Shown: positions 37,616 to 48,194, counted from the first letter of the stretch. The stretch is 64,000 nt of DNA from Limisphaerales bacterium (GCA_052325505.1 JBKQUS010000136.1:67140-131139); one strand, 5' to 3'. Numbers and translations: made by a program. The notes: generated by a model from the sequence alone, not told the origin.

Positions 37616-40372
37616 ATGAACACTCGAAACACCGCCATTTTACTTGTACTGACACTTCTGGCCGCCGGGGGCGCGCCCGTCCCGGCGACGGCCGCGCCGC
37701 TCAATCCAGTTTTTCTCCGTTGCGAATATCTCGTTAACCCGGTCGGCATCGATGAAACGGCGCCGCGTTTGTCCTGGCAGGTGGCGTCGAAGCAGCGCGA
37801 CGAGCGGCAAACTGCCTGGCAGGTGTTGGTGGCCGGCTCGGAGACGGCCCTGGCGCAGGACCATGGGGATCTTTGGGACAGCGGCAAAGTGGCGGGGGAC
37901 GACACCACCGCCATTATCTATGGTGGACGGGCGCTGGCTTCGGGGCAGGCGTGTCATTGGAAGGTGCGGGTTTGGGACAAGGACGGCAAGGTCTCGGATT
38001 GGAGCGAACCGGGGACGTGGTCCATGGGCTTGCTGGACCAGAGTGATTGGCGGGGCCAGTGGATTGGCTATGATAAAATGCGCCAGACGGAAACCAATAC
38101 GGCCACGTCGGCTGACGCGAAGCACAAGCCGTTGTTCTTGCCGCCACCGTCGTGCCTGCGGACAGAATTCATTGTGTCCAACAAGGTCCAACGGGCGGTT
38201 CTCTACGGGACCGCCCTCGGGCTGGTCGATTTTCATCTCAACGGCCAATTGGTGAGCGAAGATCGATTCACCCCCGGCTGGACGGATTACGCCAAGCGCG
38301 TCCATTATCGCGCTTATGATGTCACGAAGCTTCTGCGGGAGGGCCGCAACGCCTTGGGAGCGGTCCTGGCCGACGGGTGGTACAGTGGCTACGTGGCGTG
38401 GGGCAAGACCCGGGATCGTTACGGAAAGAATCCGCGCTTGCGCACGCAACTCCGGATTGATTATGCCGACGGCTCCCATGACATCATCGCCAGCGGGCCG
38501 GAGTGGAAGGCTTCGACAGGGGCGATAACGTCGGCTGATTTTCAGATGGGCGAATCCTTTGACGCCCGGCTGGCGGAAAAATGGACCGAGCCTGGCTTTG
38601 ACGACGGGAAATGGGATTCGGTTGAGAGCGGGGCGGAAATGGCGCCGGTGATTCAAGCGCATCCGGGGCCGCCGGTGCGGGTCTTTGCGGAATTGAAACC
38701 CAAATCCATCACGAAAGTCGGGCCCGGCGCTTATGTGTTTGACATGGGACAGAATTTTGCGGGAGTGGCCCGGCTGAAAATCAAGGGCGAACCCGGCCAG
38801 AAGATCACGTTGCGCTTTGCCGAGCGGCTGAATCCTGACGGCAGCATCTATACCACCAATCTGCGCAACGCGCTTGCAACAGATACGTATATATGCCGGG
38901 GCGGGGGAACGGAAATCTGGGAGCCGCGCTTCACTTTTCATGGTTATCAGTACGTTGAGGTATCCGGTCTGAAGAAGCACCTTTCCCGGGAAACCATCAC
39001 CGGTCTGGCGTTTAGCAGCGCCACAACGGATGCGGGCAATTTTAAATGTTCCGACCCGATGCTCAACCGGCTGGCCAAAAACACTTATTGGACGCAACGG
39101 GCCAACTTCATCGACGTCCCGACCGATTGCCCGCAGCGCGATGAGCGCCTGGGTTGGATGGGCGACGCGCAGGTCTATGTCCGGACGGCGACATTGCATG
39201 AAGATGTGCAGGCGTTTTTTACCAAGTGGCTGGTGGATGTGGAGGACGCGCAACGCCAGGACGGCGAGTACCCAAAGATGGCGCCAGTCATCAAGGGAGA
39301 GAACGACGGCGGCCCGGCTTGGGCGGATGCGGGCGTGATTTGTCCATGGACGGTCTATGAGACCTACGGGGACACCCGGGTTCTGGAGAAGCATTACGCG
39401 TCCATGGCGCGGTTCATCGATTTCTGCAAGAACCGGTCCGCGCCCGGCTTGCTGCCGCCGGAGAAATTCCATTGCTACGGTGACTGGCTGAACATCAACG
39501 ATGAGACGACGAACACAGTCATCTGCACGGCTTACTTCGCCCACAGCACGAAGCTCATGGCCCGCATTGCCTCGGCCCTCGGCAAAACGAACGATGCTGT
39601 CATGTACAATGATCTGTTCAAGAAGCTCAAGGCGGCTTTCAACCGCGCTTATGTCGGGCCGGATGGGCGCATTGAAGGCGACACCCAGACCGATTACGTG
39701 CTGGCGCTGTCATTTGATTTGCTGGATCCAGACCGGCGGCAACAGGCCGCGCGACATTTGGTGGAAAAGATCGAGAGCCGCGGCTGGCATCTCTCCACCG
39801 GATTCGTCGGCACCAAGAGCCTGATGCTGGCCCTGGCGGGAATTGGCCGAAACGACGTGGCCTGGCGGTTGATCCACAACGACACGTTCCCCTCCTGGGG
39901 CTTTTCCATCCGGCACGGCGCGACGAGTATTTGGGAGCGTTGGGACGGATGGACGCCGGAGAAGGGCTTTCAAACGCCGAAGATGAATTCCTTCGCGCAC
40001 TATTCCTTTGGAGCCGTGTATCAATGGATGGTTGAGAACATCGGGGGCATTCAAAGCGACGGGCCGGCTTACAAGCACATCCTCATCGCGCCGCAACCCG
40101 ATGACAAGCTCACCTTCGCCGACACCAGATATGACAGCATCCACGGCCCCATCGAGACGCATTGGAAAAAAACCGGCCGGCACTTCAAGCTCAAGGTGAC
40201 GATTCCCGCCAATACAACCGCCACCGTCGTCATGCCGGCGGCGGATGTTTCAACCATCCTGGAGAGCGGGCGGCCGGGGGAGAAGGCGCCCGGGGTCAAA
40301 GCCCTGCGCTGGCCGCGCGCGCTGGCAACCTTCGAGGTCGGCTCCGGCACTTACGATTTCGAAACAAAGTGA
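37616..40372 (+). CDS. Alpha-L-rhamnosidase (GH78), secreted
   Basis: Signal peptide; PTDCPQRDERLGWMGD, GATSIWERWD, MNSFAHY. Confidence 0.93.
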   Translation: MNTRNTAILLVLTLLAAGGAPVPATAAPLNPVFLRCEYLVNPVGIDETAPRLSWQVASKQRDERQTAWQVLVAGSETALAQDHGDLWDSGKVAGDDTTAIIYGGRALASGQACHWKVRVWDKDGKVSDWSEPGTWSMGLLDQSDWRGQWIGYDKMRQTETNTATSADAKHKPLFLPPPSCLRTEFIVSNKVQRAVLYGTALGLVDFHLNGQLVSEDRFTPGWTDYAKRVHYRAYDVTKLLREGRNALGAVLADGWYSGYVAWGKTRDRYGKNPRLRTQLRIDYADGSHDIIASGPEWKASTGAITSADFQMGESFDARLAEKWTEPGFDDGKWDSVESGAEMAPVIQAHPGPPVRVFAELKPKSITKVGPGAYVFDMGQNFAGVARLKIKGEPGQKITLRFAERLNPDGSIYTTNLRNALATDTYICRGGGTEIWEPRFTFHGYQYVEVSGLKKHLSRETITGLAFSSATTDAGNFKCSDPMLNRLAKNTYWTQRANFIDVPTDCPQRDERLGWMGDAQVYVRTATLHEDVQAFFTKWLVDVEDAQRQDGEYPKMAPVIKGENDGGPAWADAGVICPWTVYETYGDTRVLEKHYASMARFIDFCKNRSAPGLLPPEKFHCYGDWLNINDETTNTVICTAYFAHSTKLMARIASALGKTNDAVMYNDLFKKLKAAFNRAYVGPDGRIEGDTQTDYVLALSFDLLDPDRRQQAARHLVEKIESRGWHLSTGFVGTKSLMLALAGIGRNDVAWRLIHNDTFPSWGFSIRHGATSIWERWDGWTPEKGFQTPKMNSFAHYSFGAVYQWMVENIGGIQSDGPAYKHILIAPQPDDKLTFADTRYDSIHGPIETHWKKTGRHFKLKVTIPANTTATVVMPAADVSTILESGRPGEKAPGVKALRWPRALATFEVGSGTYDFETK

Positions 40373-40428
40373 GGCGGCAGGGGTTAACTTCCTGTCGATT
40401 CGTCATCAAAACATCGCATAAGGACAAT

Positions 40429-41940
40429 ATGAAAAAGCTCATTTCAACCTTCGCTGGCTGCCTCGTCGCCCAAGCGGTTTTCGCCTCGGATCCTGCCTTG
40501 ACCATTTACAACCAAAACTTCGCGGTGGTGCGCGATTCCATTCACCTCAACCTCAAAGCGGGGGTCAACGACGTCAGCTACAACGAGGCGACCATGCATC
40601 TGGAGCCGGATTCCGTCGTGCTGCGCGATCCGACCGGCCAACGCGCCCTGCAAATCCTGGAGCAAAACTTCCGGGCCGATCCGATCTCACAGTCGTTGCT
40701 GCTCAATTATTATGAAGGCAAAACCATTGAATTCCAGACCCAGCCGCAGGGCGCGCAGGGCAAAAAGGAAATTATTCGTGGCAAGATTGTGCGCAGCGGC
40801 TATGTGCCGCATCAACAGGCGTTCAACCCATACGGACAGGATTATTACCAGTCACAGATGGCCTATGCGTCCGGGGGAGGCGGCCAGCCCATTATCGAGG
40901 TGAATGGGAAATTGATGTTCAGTCTTCCGGGCGAACCGCTGTTCCCCGCCCTGCCTGACGACAGCATTTTGAAACCGACGTTGACCTGGCAGTTGGACGC
41001 CGGCCAAAGCGGCGCGCTGGATGCCGAACTGGGTTACATCACCGGCGGCATGAGCTGGCAGGCGGCTTACAACCTGGTGGCCCCGGAAAAGGGCGATGCG
41101 TTGGATCTGGTCGGCTGGGTCACCATCGACAACCAAACCGGCAAATCGTTCCAACATGCAAAAATCAAATTGATGGCCGGCGACGTCAACAAAATCCAGC
41201 CCCAAACGTATACCAGGGCGTTCGGTGGAATGATGTTGGACGCGTCTGCCCCGGGCCAGCCCCCTGTCAGTGAAAAAGCCTTCGACGAATATCATCTTTA
41301 CACTCTAGAACGCGCCACCACCCTGCTGGACCGTGAAACCAAACAAGTTGAGTTCGTGCGGGCTGACGGGATCCAGTCACGGCCAATTTATGTCTATGAC
41401 GGCGCGAAAATCGATCGCAACCGCTACAATGGCTGGGATCCCGAAAGCATCCGCAATGACGGCGACTACGGCACCCAATCCAATCCCAAAGTGTGGGTTA
41501 TGCGCGAGTTTATAAATTCGGAGTCGAACCATCTGGGCATTCCGCTGCCCAAGGGACGGCTGCGCTTCTATCGCCGCGATGCCGACGGCCAAATGGAGTT
41601 CACGGGAGAGAACACCATCGACCATACGCCGCGCGATGAAACGATCCGCGTCACCACCGGCAACGCCTTTGACTTGGTCGGGGAACGCAAACGAACCAAT
41701 CACCACCTGGACAACAAGCAGAAGTTTCTGGACGAAGCGTTCGCCATCAAGCTGCGCAATCACAAGAAGGAGGCGGTGGAAATCCGCGTGGTTGAACATC
41801 TCTACCGCTGGCCGTCGTGGGACATCACGGAAAAGTCGCAGACCTTTGCCAAAACGGACGCCCAAACCATCGAATTCCGGGTGGAGGTCAAGCCGGACGC
41901 GGAGGAAACCGTCACTTACACTGTACACTATAGCTGGTGA
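40429..41940 (+). CDS. DUF4139-domain exported protein
   Basis: Signal peptide, ALTIYNQNFAVVRD, LEQNF, WQAAY, LGIPLPKG, IDHTP; AAGGA RBS. Confidence 0.8.
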   Translation: MKKLISTFAGCLVAQAVFASDPALTIYNQNFAVVRDSIHLNLKAGVNDVSYNEATMHLEPDSVVLRDPTGQRALQILEQNFRADPISQSLLLNYYEGKTIEFQTQPQGAQGKKEIIRGKIVRSGYVPHQQAFNPYGQDYYQSQMAYASGGGGQPIIEVNGKLMFSLPGEPLFPALPDDSILKPTLTWQLDAGQSGALDAELGYITGGMSWQAAYNLVAPEKGDALDLVGWVTIDNQTGKSFQHAKIKLMAGDVNKIQPQTYTRAFGGMMLDASAPGQPPVSEKAFDEYHLYTLERATTLLDRETKQVEFVRADGIQSRPIYVYDGAKIDRNRYNGWDPESIRNDGDYGTQSNPKVWVMREFINSESNHLGIPLPKGRLRFYRRDADGQMEFTGENTIDHTPRDETIRVTTGNAFDLVGERKRTNHHLDNKQKFLDEAFAIKLRNHKKEAVEIRVVEHLYRWPSWDITEKSQTFAKTDAQTIEFRVEVKPDAEETVTYTVHYSW

Positions 41941-41967
41941 AATATTCCGCAGCTTCTGGATTGGGAT

Positions 41968-42747
41968 ATGCTTCCAAACAAACCGATGAAGTTTATGATC
42001 GGAAGGAGAAGACTGGCGCGTAATCCGGCTGCGTTCACCAGAACCGAATTGGTAGTGGTCATCTTTATTCTTCTCATTGTGGGTTCGATTCTCATGCCGA
42101 CCAGTGGAGTAAATCTCAGGCACAAGGCCAAGCGCATCGCTTGTGTCAACAATCTCAAGCAAATCGGCATCGCTGATCGCGCCTGGGAAAACGACCATGG
42201 CAATAAGTTTCCAGCATCCACAGCAATGACAAACGGCGGGTGGAATGATTTTCGGGCCAGAACGAACGCGGGTGCTTATTGCTGGGTTTATTATTGGATC
42301 ATGTCCAAGGAATCAGGCCTAATGCCTTCGGTTCTGACTTGCCCCGCGGATGAAAGGCGTCCGGCTATGAACTTTGAGTCGTTGAAGGATAACAGCCACC
42401 TTTCGTACTTCATTGGAGTGCAGGCAAATGACACCAATCCGCAGTCGGTCTTGGGAGGGGATCGAAATTTGGGCCCAGGATCCGTTTCTGCTCCCGATTA
42501 CGGTTTTTCACCTGCCAACGGAATGGGAAACGATGTGAACATAACAGGTCCTGTGTGTTGGTCGCTCAGGATGCACTCCAGTGGAAGTACTGTGGGGGCT
42601 GGCAATATTTTACTCAGTGAAGGCAGCATTCAACAAACCACTAGCGCCTCTTTTCGCAAAACTTGGCAGCCTAGCGCTGGTGAGACCACCAATTGGCCCA
42701 CTGGGCACATTCCTTCGTCGCCTTCATTCCGCGTGATTTTCCCCTGA
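41968..42747 (+). CDS. Prepilin-type N-terminal cleavage/methylation protein (H-X9-DG-like family)
   Basis: AFTRTELVVV, CVNNLKQIG, CPAD, GDRN, MH...GAGNILLSEGS; start could be 41986. Confidence 0.85.
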   Translation: MLPNKPMKFMIGRRRLARNPAAFTRTELVVVIFILLIVGSILMPTSGVNLRHKAKRIACVNNLKQIGIADRAWENDHGNKFPASTAMTNGGWNDFRARTNAGAYCWVYYWIMSKESGLMPSVLTCPADERRPAMNFESLKDNSHLSYFIGVQANDTNPQSVLGGDRNLGPGSVSAPDYGFSPANGMGNDVNITGPVCWSLRMHSSGSTVGAGNILLSEGSIQQTTSASFRKTWQPSAGETTNWPTGHIPSSPSFRVIFP

Positions 42748-42849
42748 AGCCGCCAAGTCGGTGAAGGACGCATCCAAGTCTTTCAGGACATTTACCAACG
42801 CCTGTTCAAACTTGGCCACGCAAGCCCCAGGGATGGATCTAGCCCCCTT

Positions 42850-43185
42850 TTATCGAATGTCCATCATCCGCTTCACGGCTTCGCGGATGGTCGCGAACTT
42901 GCCGGCTTTCAACTCCCCCACGTTTCCCGCCACGAGGCTGGCATGGGCCGTGAACAGTTTGCCGGGCCGCGCGAAACTCGTCAGCCGCAATGAACCCTGC
43001 GCAAAATCACTAGCCTCCAAGTTGATGGCGCGAGGGTCTCCGTAAGACTTGCTTGTGATTTGGCAGAGTATCCAATCGTTTCGCCCGGCATCTGCCAGCA
43101 CCACCGCCGGCCGCAATTTGGATGCAGTAAGATCGGAAAAGGGGAAATGAACTATGACGACTTGCCCGGCTGCAAGTGTGCCCAT
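42850..43185 (-). CDS. PemK/MazF family toxin
   Basis: GQVVIVHFPFSDLTASKLRPAVV, CQITS. Confidence 0.9.
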   Translation of the reverse strand: MGTLAAGQVVIVHFPFSDLTASKLRPAVVLADAGRNDWILCQITSKSYGDPRAINLEASDFAQGSLRLTSFARPGKLFTAHASLVAGNVGELKAGKFATIREAVKRMMDIR

Positions 43186-43370
43186 GCCGCATCCTCCTCG
43201 GGACGATTCCAGTCCTCAGCCAAAGCCGCTTCACTTAGTAGGGCCGCATCATGCACTTGCGGTTCCTCTTCGAGGATGGTTACGAGCGCGCGTCGGGGGA
43301 ATGCTACATGCACAGGCTCGACCAACTGAACCTCGCCACTGGGCTGGATGATTGCTTCGACAGTTCTCAT
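43152..43370 (-). CDS. Putative antitoxin for the PemK/MazF toxin
   Basis: 72 aa, acidic tail SEAALAEDWNRPEEDAAW; overlaps toxin start. Confidence 0.8.
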   Translation of the reverse strand: MRTVEAIIQPSGEVQLVEPVHVAFPRRALVTILEEEPQVHDAALLSEAALAEDWNRPEEDAAWAHLQPGKSS

Positions 43371-43485
43371 CTCGATGAAACAATCTAACACGGCCACGTG
43401 CATCTGCAAAGAGGAATAACGTCGACACCGCGGCCAGACGATTTGGCGTTTGAACTGGCGCGGCGAAAACGTAGCATCAAACCGC

Positions 43486-45234
43486 ATGAAGCGGCAGAAA
43501 ATTCACCCAGCCAACGAACATGCCGAACTGCTAAAAGTTCCTTTCGGGGCGGGCCGCTGGGAACAACGGTGGCGGGTACCGGCGGTTTGCCTTGTGCTGG
43601 CCGCAATCACGTTCGCCGTTTTCGGCCAGACGCTGGGGCATGAATTCGTTAACTTCGACGACGATGTTTATGTGTATGAGAACCCGGTGGTTGCCGGGGG
43701 GCTGACCCTCAAGGGCCTCGTCTGGGCGTTCTCCTGCCACGCCGCGAATTGGCACCCGTTGACCTGGATTTCCCACATGCTGGACTGCCAGTTATACGGA
43801 CTGCATCCCGCCGGGCATCATCTGACCAATGTCCTGCTCCACACCGCGACGGTCATCGCGCTTTTCCTTGTTCTTCGGCAAATGACGGGCGCTCTGTGGC
43901 GCAGCGCCTTTGTCGCGGCTGTTTTTGCCATCCATCCCTTGCGCGTGGAATCGGTGGCCTGGGTGGCCGAGCGCAAGGACGTGCTCAGCGGATTGTTTTT
44001 CATGTTGACAATCAGCGCTTATGTCCGGTATGCGCGCGGCCCGCTGTCGGCCGCTCGATACGCTCTGGTCATCCTCCTGTTTGCCCCGGGTTTGATGTGC
44101 AAACCGATGCTGGTGACGCTGCCCTTGGTGCTGCTGCTCTTGGATTACTGGCCTTTGCAAAGGAAGGAACCAACGGGAAGGCTGCTGCTCGAAAAACTGC
44201 CCTTGCTCGCGCTTTCGGCTGCGTCCTGCGTGGCCACGCTTTTGGCCCAGCGCGAAGCCATGCCATTGACCGGGGCATTCTCGCTGCCGGCACTCGTTGT
44301 CACCGCATTGCTGGCCTGCAAAGTTTATCTCTGCCAGATGGTCTATCCGGTGGGCTTGGCGGTGTTCTATCCTTTTCCGCACCAAAGCCTGCCGGTGTGG
44401 GAAGCGATGACGGCCGGGACGTTGCTGGCCATCATTTCAGCCGCCGTGGTGTGGCAACGGCGAAAGCGGCCGTGGCTGTTGGTCGGATGGGTTTGGTATA
44501 TGGTGATGCTGCTGCCTGTGCTCGGAATCATCCAAGTGGGCCAACAGGGCCATGCGGACCGCTACACCTATCTGCCGCAGATTGGCATTTATGTGGCGCT
44601 GACGTGGTTGGCGGCCGAATGGCGGATGAGTCGCGCGGCACGGGCGGGCTTGATGGCTGGCGTCATCGGCTTGTTCATGGTCTGCGCCTGGCAACAAACC
44701 ACCTGCTGGCAAAACAGCGAAACCCTGTGGGCCAACGCCCTAGCCTGCACCACGGACAACTATCTGGCCCAGGACAACTACGGCATCGTTCTTATGCAAA
44801 AGGGAAGATTGGACGCCGCCATCAATTGTTTCCAACAGGCGCTGCTAATCAGGCCGGATTTTGCGGAAGCCCGTAACAACCTCGGCAACGCGCTTCTGCA
44901 AACGGGAAAGGCCGATGAAGCCATCGCCTGTTTCCGGCGGGCGCTGCAAATCAGGCCGGACTTTGCGCAGGTCGAGGACAATCTCGGCTATGCCCTTCTG
45001 CAAACCGGGCAGGTGGATGAGGCCATCACTCACTGCCAGCGGGCCGTGCAAATCAAACCTAACGATGCGGAAGCCTGCGTCAACCTCGGCAACGCGTTTT
45101 TCCAAAAGGGAAGAGTCCAAGACGCCATCGCCCAGTTCCGCAAGGCGCTGCAAATCAAGCCCGGAATGGCCATGGCCCGCAAGGACCTGGATGCCGTTCT
45201 CCAACAAATGCCGGCGGGGGGACGTCTTCCATAG
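43486..45234 (+). CDS. TMTC-like GT-C membrane protein with C-terminal TPRs
   Basis: FVNFDD, WHPLT, HPLRVESVAWVAERKD, ADRYTYLP; about four TPRs (ARNNLGNAL...). Confidence 0.85.
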   Translation: MKRQKIHPANEHAELLKVPFGAGRWEQRWRVPAVCLVLAAITFAVFGQTLGHEFVNFDDDVYVYENPVVAGGLTLKGLVWAFSCHAANWHPLTWISHMLDCQLYGLHPAGHHLTNVLLHTATVIALFLVLRQMTGALWRSAFVAAVFAIHPLRVESVAWVAERKDVLSGLFFMLTISAYVRYARGPLSAARYALVILLFAPGLMCKPMLVTLPLVLLLLDYWPLQRKEPTGRLLLEKLPLLALSAASCVATLLAQREAMPLTGAFSLPALVVTALLACKVYLCQMVYPVGLAVFYPFPHQSLPVWEAMTAGTLLAIISAAVVWQRRKRPWLLVGWVWYMVMLLPVLGIIQVGQQGHADRYTYLPQIGIYVALTWLAAEWRMSRAARAGLMAGVIGLFMVCAWQQTTCWQNSETLWANALACTTDNYLAQDNYGIVLMQKGRLDAAINCFQQALLIRPDFAEARNNLGNALLQTGKADEAIACFRRALQIRPDFAQVEDNLGYALLQTGQVDEAITHCQRAVQIKPNDAEACVNLGNAFFQKGRVQDAIAQFRKALQIKPGMAMARKDLDAVLQQMPAGGRLP

Positions 45235-45319
45235 TCAGAATCGGCGCACTCCTGACCGAAACAAGGTGGTTTGGCCGAGCATCCTTGTTGGACGGGCGGG
45301 GTTTGTTATATTGTACGAA

Positions 45320-45943
45320 ATGCCGGATTCCCTGGATCCAGATGCCGCTTTGATGCTGCGCGTGAAGCGCGGCGACATGAAGGCTTTTGAGGAATTGGCC
45401 GACAAATACAAGCAGCCCATCGTCAACCTGATGTACCGGATGCTGCGCGACCCGGATGAAGCCGAGGACCTGGCCCAAAATGTCTTCATTCGCGTCTATC
45501 AGTCGGCGAAGCGGTACGAGGCGTCGGCGAAGTTTTCCACCTGGATTTTCACCATTGCGCGGCGCTTGTGCCTGAACGAAATCCGGCGGCGCGGGCGGCA
45601 TCCTTCCGAATCGCTCGAATCGAGCCAATCGGATCACGAAGAGCAGGCCCCGCGGCAGTATGAAGACGTCAAGACTTTTTCGCCGCCCGACGCCTTCCTG
45701 CACGGGGAACTGGCGCAAAAAATTGAGGCTGCGCTGGCGCAATTGCCGGAGAAGCAACGGCTGGCCATTGTCCTCTGCCGCCAGGAGGAACTGTCCTACG
45801 AAGAAATCGCCCGGGTCTTGCGGTGCTCGGTTCCGGCGACAAAATCGCTCATCCACCGCGGGCGGGAGACGTTGAAGGAGAAGCTCAAACCCTATTTGCA
45901 AAGTGGGGCTTGGGAGGCGGAAGATCCGAAACTCCGCCGGTGA
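45320..45943 (+). CDS. ECF RNA polymerase sigma factor
   Basis: AEDLAQNVF, FSTWIFTIA, LPEKQR, SYEEIA, KSLIHRGR. Confidence 0.93.
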   Translation: MPDSLDPDAALMLRVKRGDMKAFEELADKYKQPIVNLMYRMLRDPDEAEDLAQNVFIRVYQSAKRYEASAKFSTWIFTIARRLCLNEIRRRGRHPSESLESSQSDHEEQAPRQYEDVKTFSPPDAFLHGELAQKIEAALAQLPEKQRLAIVLCRQEELSYEEIARVLRCSVPATKSLIHRGRETLKEKLKPYLQSGAWEAEDPKLRR

Positions 45944-45966
45944 CACGGTGTTTTTAACTATAACTG

Positions 45967-46470
45967 ATGAATATGCGCGAAGAAGATTATCAGGAAATCA
46001 AGGAAGCCGGCTGGCGGCGGGCGCTGACCAGCGACGAAGAAGCGGCATTGCGGCAATTTCTCGCGGCCCATCCCGGGGCGCGTCAAGCCTGGAATGAGGA
46101 AGCGGCCCTGAACCGCCTTTTGCAGCGCTGGCCGGCCCCGGCTGTTTCATCCAATTTTACCGCGCGCCTCTTGCAGGCGGTGCAACGCGCCCCGGTCCGC
46201 CACTCCTGGCGCGACTGGTTCGCGCCCGCGCAGTGGCTGCCGGAAGGCCGGGTCTGGCGGGTCGCAATGTGTTCCATGATGATTGGCGTCGGTCTGTTTT
46301 CCTTTCATGAGTCGCAAATGATTCATCGCGCCAGAATGGCCCGGGAACGGGCCGGCGTCAGCAGCGTGGCCGCGCTGCCGCCCATGGAATGGTTGAAGGA
46401 CTACGATACCATCAACGGGATCAGCCGGGTCAAGGTCGCGGATGACGATCTGCTGGCGGCATTGGAGTAA
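45967..46470 (+). CDS. Putative membrane-anchored anti-sigma factor
   Basis: Directly follows the sigma gene; helical N-terminus, S.NFTAR motif, one hydrophobic segment. Confidence 0.7.
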   Translation: MNMREEDYQEIKEAGWRRALTSDEEAALRQFLAAHPGARQAWNEEAALNRLLQRWPAPAVSSNFTARLLQAVQRAPVRHSWRDWFAPAQWLPEGRVWRVAMCSMMIGVGLFSFHESQMIHRARMARERAGVSSVAALPPMEWLKDYDTINGISRVKVADDDLLAALE

Positions 46471-46477
46471 AGACGGG

Positions 46478-47524
46478 ATGAAGCGACGACTTGGAATCCA
46501 TTGGCTTTGCTTGGCCGGCGGGATCGCGCTGCCGGCGGCGGCGCTGGCGTTGCAGACCAACCTGCCTCCCATCCCCCCCCTTCCTCCCCTGCCGCGGTAC
46601 CAAAACGCCGGGGCCGGCATCCATTTGCGTCACTTGTCCCCGGTGGAATATTTTCGCGCGCTGCTCGGCATGAGCCCGGCGCAAAGGGAACGGGCGCTGG
46701 CCAACCGGACGCCGGCTGACCGGGAAATCCTGCTGGCGAAGGTGCGGGAATACGAAACCCTGCCGCGCGGCATCCGGGAGGCGCGGTTGTGTCAAACCGA
46801 ATTGCACTGGGAGCTGGAGGGTCTGATGAGGCTGGCGCCGCGCGACCGGACCAACCGGCTTCAGGAAGTCTCGCCGCTCTACCGGCCGATGGTGGACGGC
46901 CTGTTGCGGGAATGGGACAAGGTGCCGGCCGATCTGCAAAAGGCCCTGTTGGAGAAGCAGAGTTTCATCGGCGTCTATCTGCGCCTGCAGGGAGCCCCGG
47001 CCGCGGAACAGCAGGCGATACTTGACAAACTACCGCCGGAACGCCGCGCGCGTTGGGCGGAGGACATGAACCGCTGGCAGGCCCTGCCCGCGCCGCAGCG
47101 GGCGCAACTCTGCGCGCAGTTTAAGCGCTTTTGCGCCATGAGCAGCCAGGAGCAGAGAGAGACGGTCAATGCGCTCTCGGAAACGGAACGGCAGGAAATG
47201 GAGGAGGCGTTGCAGGCTTTCCACCGGCTGCCGCCGGCGCAACGGGCGCAATGCATCAACTCTTTCAGCAAATTTGCCACCCTGTCGCCCGGTGAACGAA
47301 GCCAGTTTTTGAAAAACGCCGCCCGCTGGGACGCGATGACAGCGCGCGAACGGCGATTATGGCGCGATTTGGTGCATACGCTGCCGCCGCTGCCGCCACT
47401 GCCCCTGTCCCTGCCGCCCCTGCCGCCGGGGATGGAGCAGAGGATGCTTCGGCCGCCGCCGCCGTTGCCGCCGAACGTGACCGCGCCCGTCATCATTGCA
47501 CGGGCCACGAACCAGCCGGGATGA
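46478..47524 (+). CDS. DUF3106-like exported helical-repeat protein
   Basis: Signal peptide; recurring W/F..L/MPP.QR units; poly-Pro at both ends. Confidence 0.7.
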   Translation: MKRRLGIHWLCLAGGIALPAAALALQTNLPPIPPLPPLPRYQNAGAGIHLRHLSPVEYFRALLGMSPAQRERALANRTPADREILLAKVREYETLPRGIREARLCQTELHWELEGLMRLAPRDRTNRLQEVSPLYRPMVDGLLREWDKVPADLQKALLEKQSFIGVYLRLQGAPAAEQQAILDKLPPERRARWAEDMNRWQALPAPQRAQLCAQFKRFCAMSSQEQRETVNALSETERQEMEEALQAFHRLPPAQRAQCINSFSKFATLSPGERSQFLKNAARWDAMTARERRLWRDLVHTLPPLPPLPLSLPPLPPGMEQRMLRPPPPLPPNVTAPVIIARATNQPG

Positions 47525-47588
47525 TTGAAGGGGGACCGGGGTTCATCTTCTGCTTGGCATTGGGCCGGCGTTTCCTTAGCCTGAACGC

Positions 47589-48107
47589 GTGACAGCGTTT
47601 TTACGTTTCGTGGGCTTGGTCAACGCCGCGGTGTGGTGCGGCTCCGCCATTTTCCTGGTCATCGGGCTGCCCGCTCTGTTCTCTCCGGAGATGAAGCGGC
47701 TGCTGACGGCCGCCGGGGTTGGGTTTGCGGCGGAGTCGGTTGTGGCGCGTTTTTTTATTTTGCAGTATTGGTGCGGCGGAATAGCGCTGGCGCATTGCCT
47801 GGCGGAATGGGTCTATTGCGGCCGGCCGTTGTGGCGTTTAAATTTGGGCCTGGTGGTGGTTATCCTGTCATTGGGCCTGGCGGGCGGATTGTATGCCCAG
47901 CCGAAAATGCGCGCGCTGCACATCACCAAGCACTATGCCCGCACCAGCGAACAACAAACGCAAGCCGCCCGGGCTTTTGCCGCCTGGCATGCGGCCTCCG
48001 AGGCGGTCAATTTGCTGGTCATCGGGGGCTTGATCTGCTACCTGTGGCAGGTGAGCAGGCAGTCGGAACCGCCTCGATTGCTGAGTTTTAGCAAAATCCG
48101 GGGTTGA
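47589..48107 (+). CDS. DUF4149-like 4-TM membrane protein
   Basis: Four hydrophobic helices, PKM, FAAWH..S..NL. Confidence 0.7.
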   Translation: MTAFLRFVGLVNAAVWCGSAIFLVIGLPALFSPEMKRLLTAAGVGFAAESVVARFFILQYWCGGIALAHCLAEWVYCGRPLWRLNLGLVVVILSLGLAGGLYAQPKMRALHITKHYARTSEQQTQAARAFAAWHAASEAVNLLVIGGLICYLWQVSRQSEPPRLLSFSKIRG

Positions 48108-48194
48108 CAAAGTGAGGTTTATGCTCAATGAGTAATATTGAATGAAAAGCGTTCCTCGTGGGCGCAAGACAGAAGGAAAAGGAAAAGAGACATT

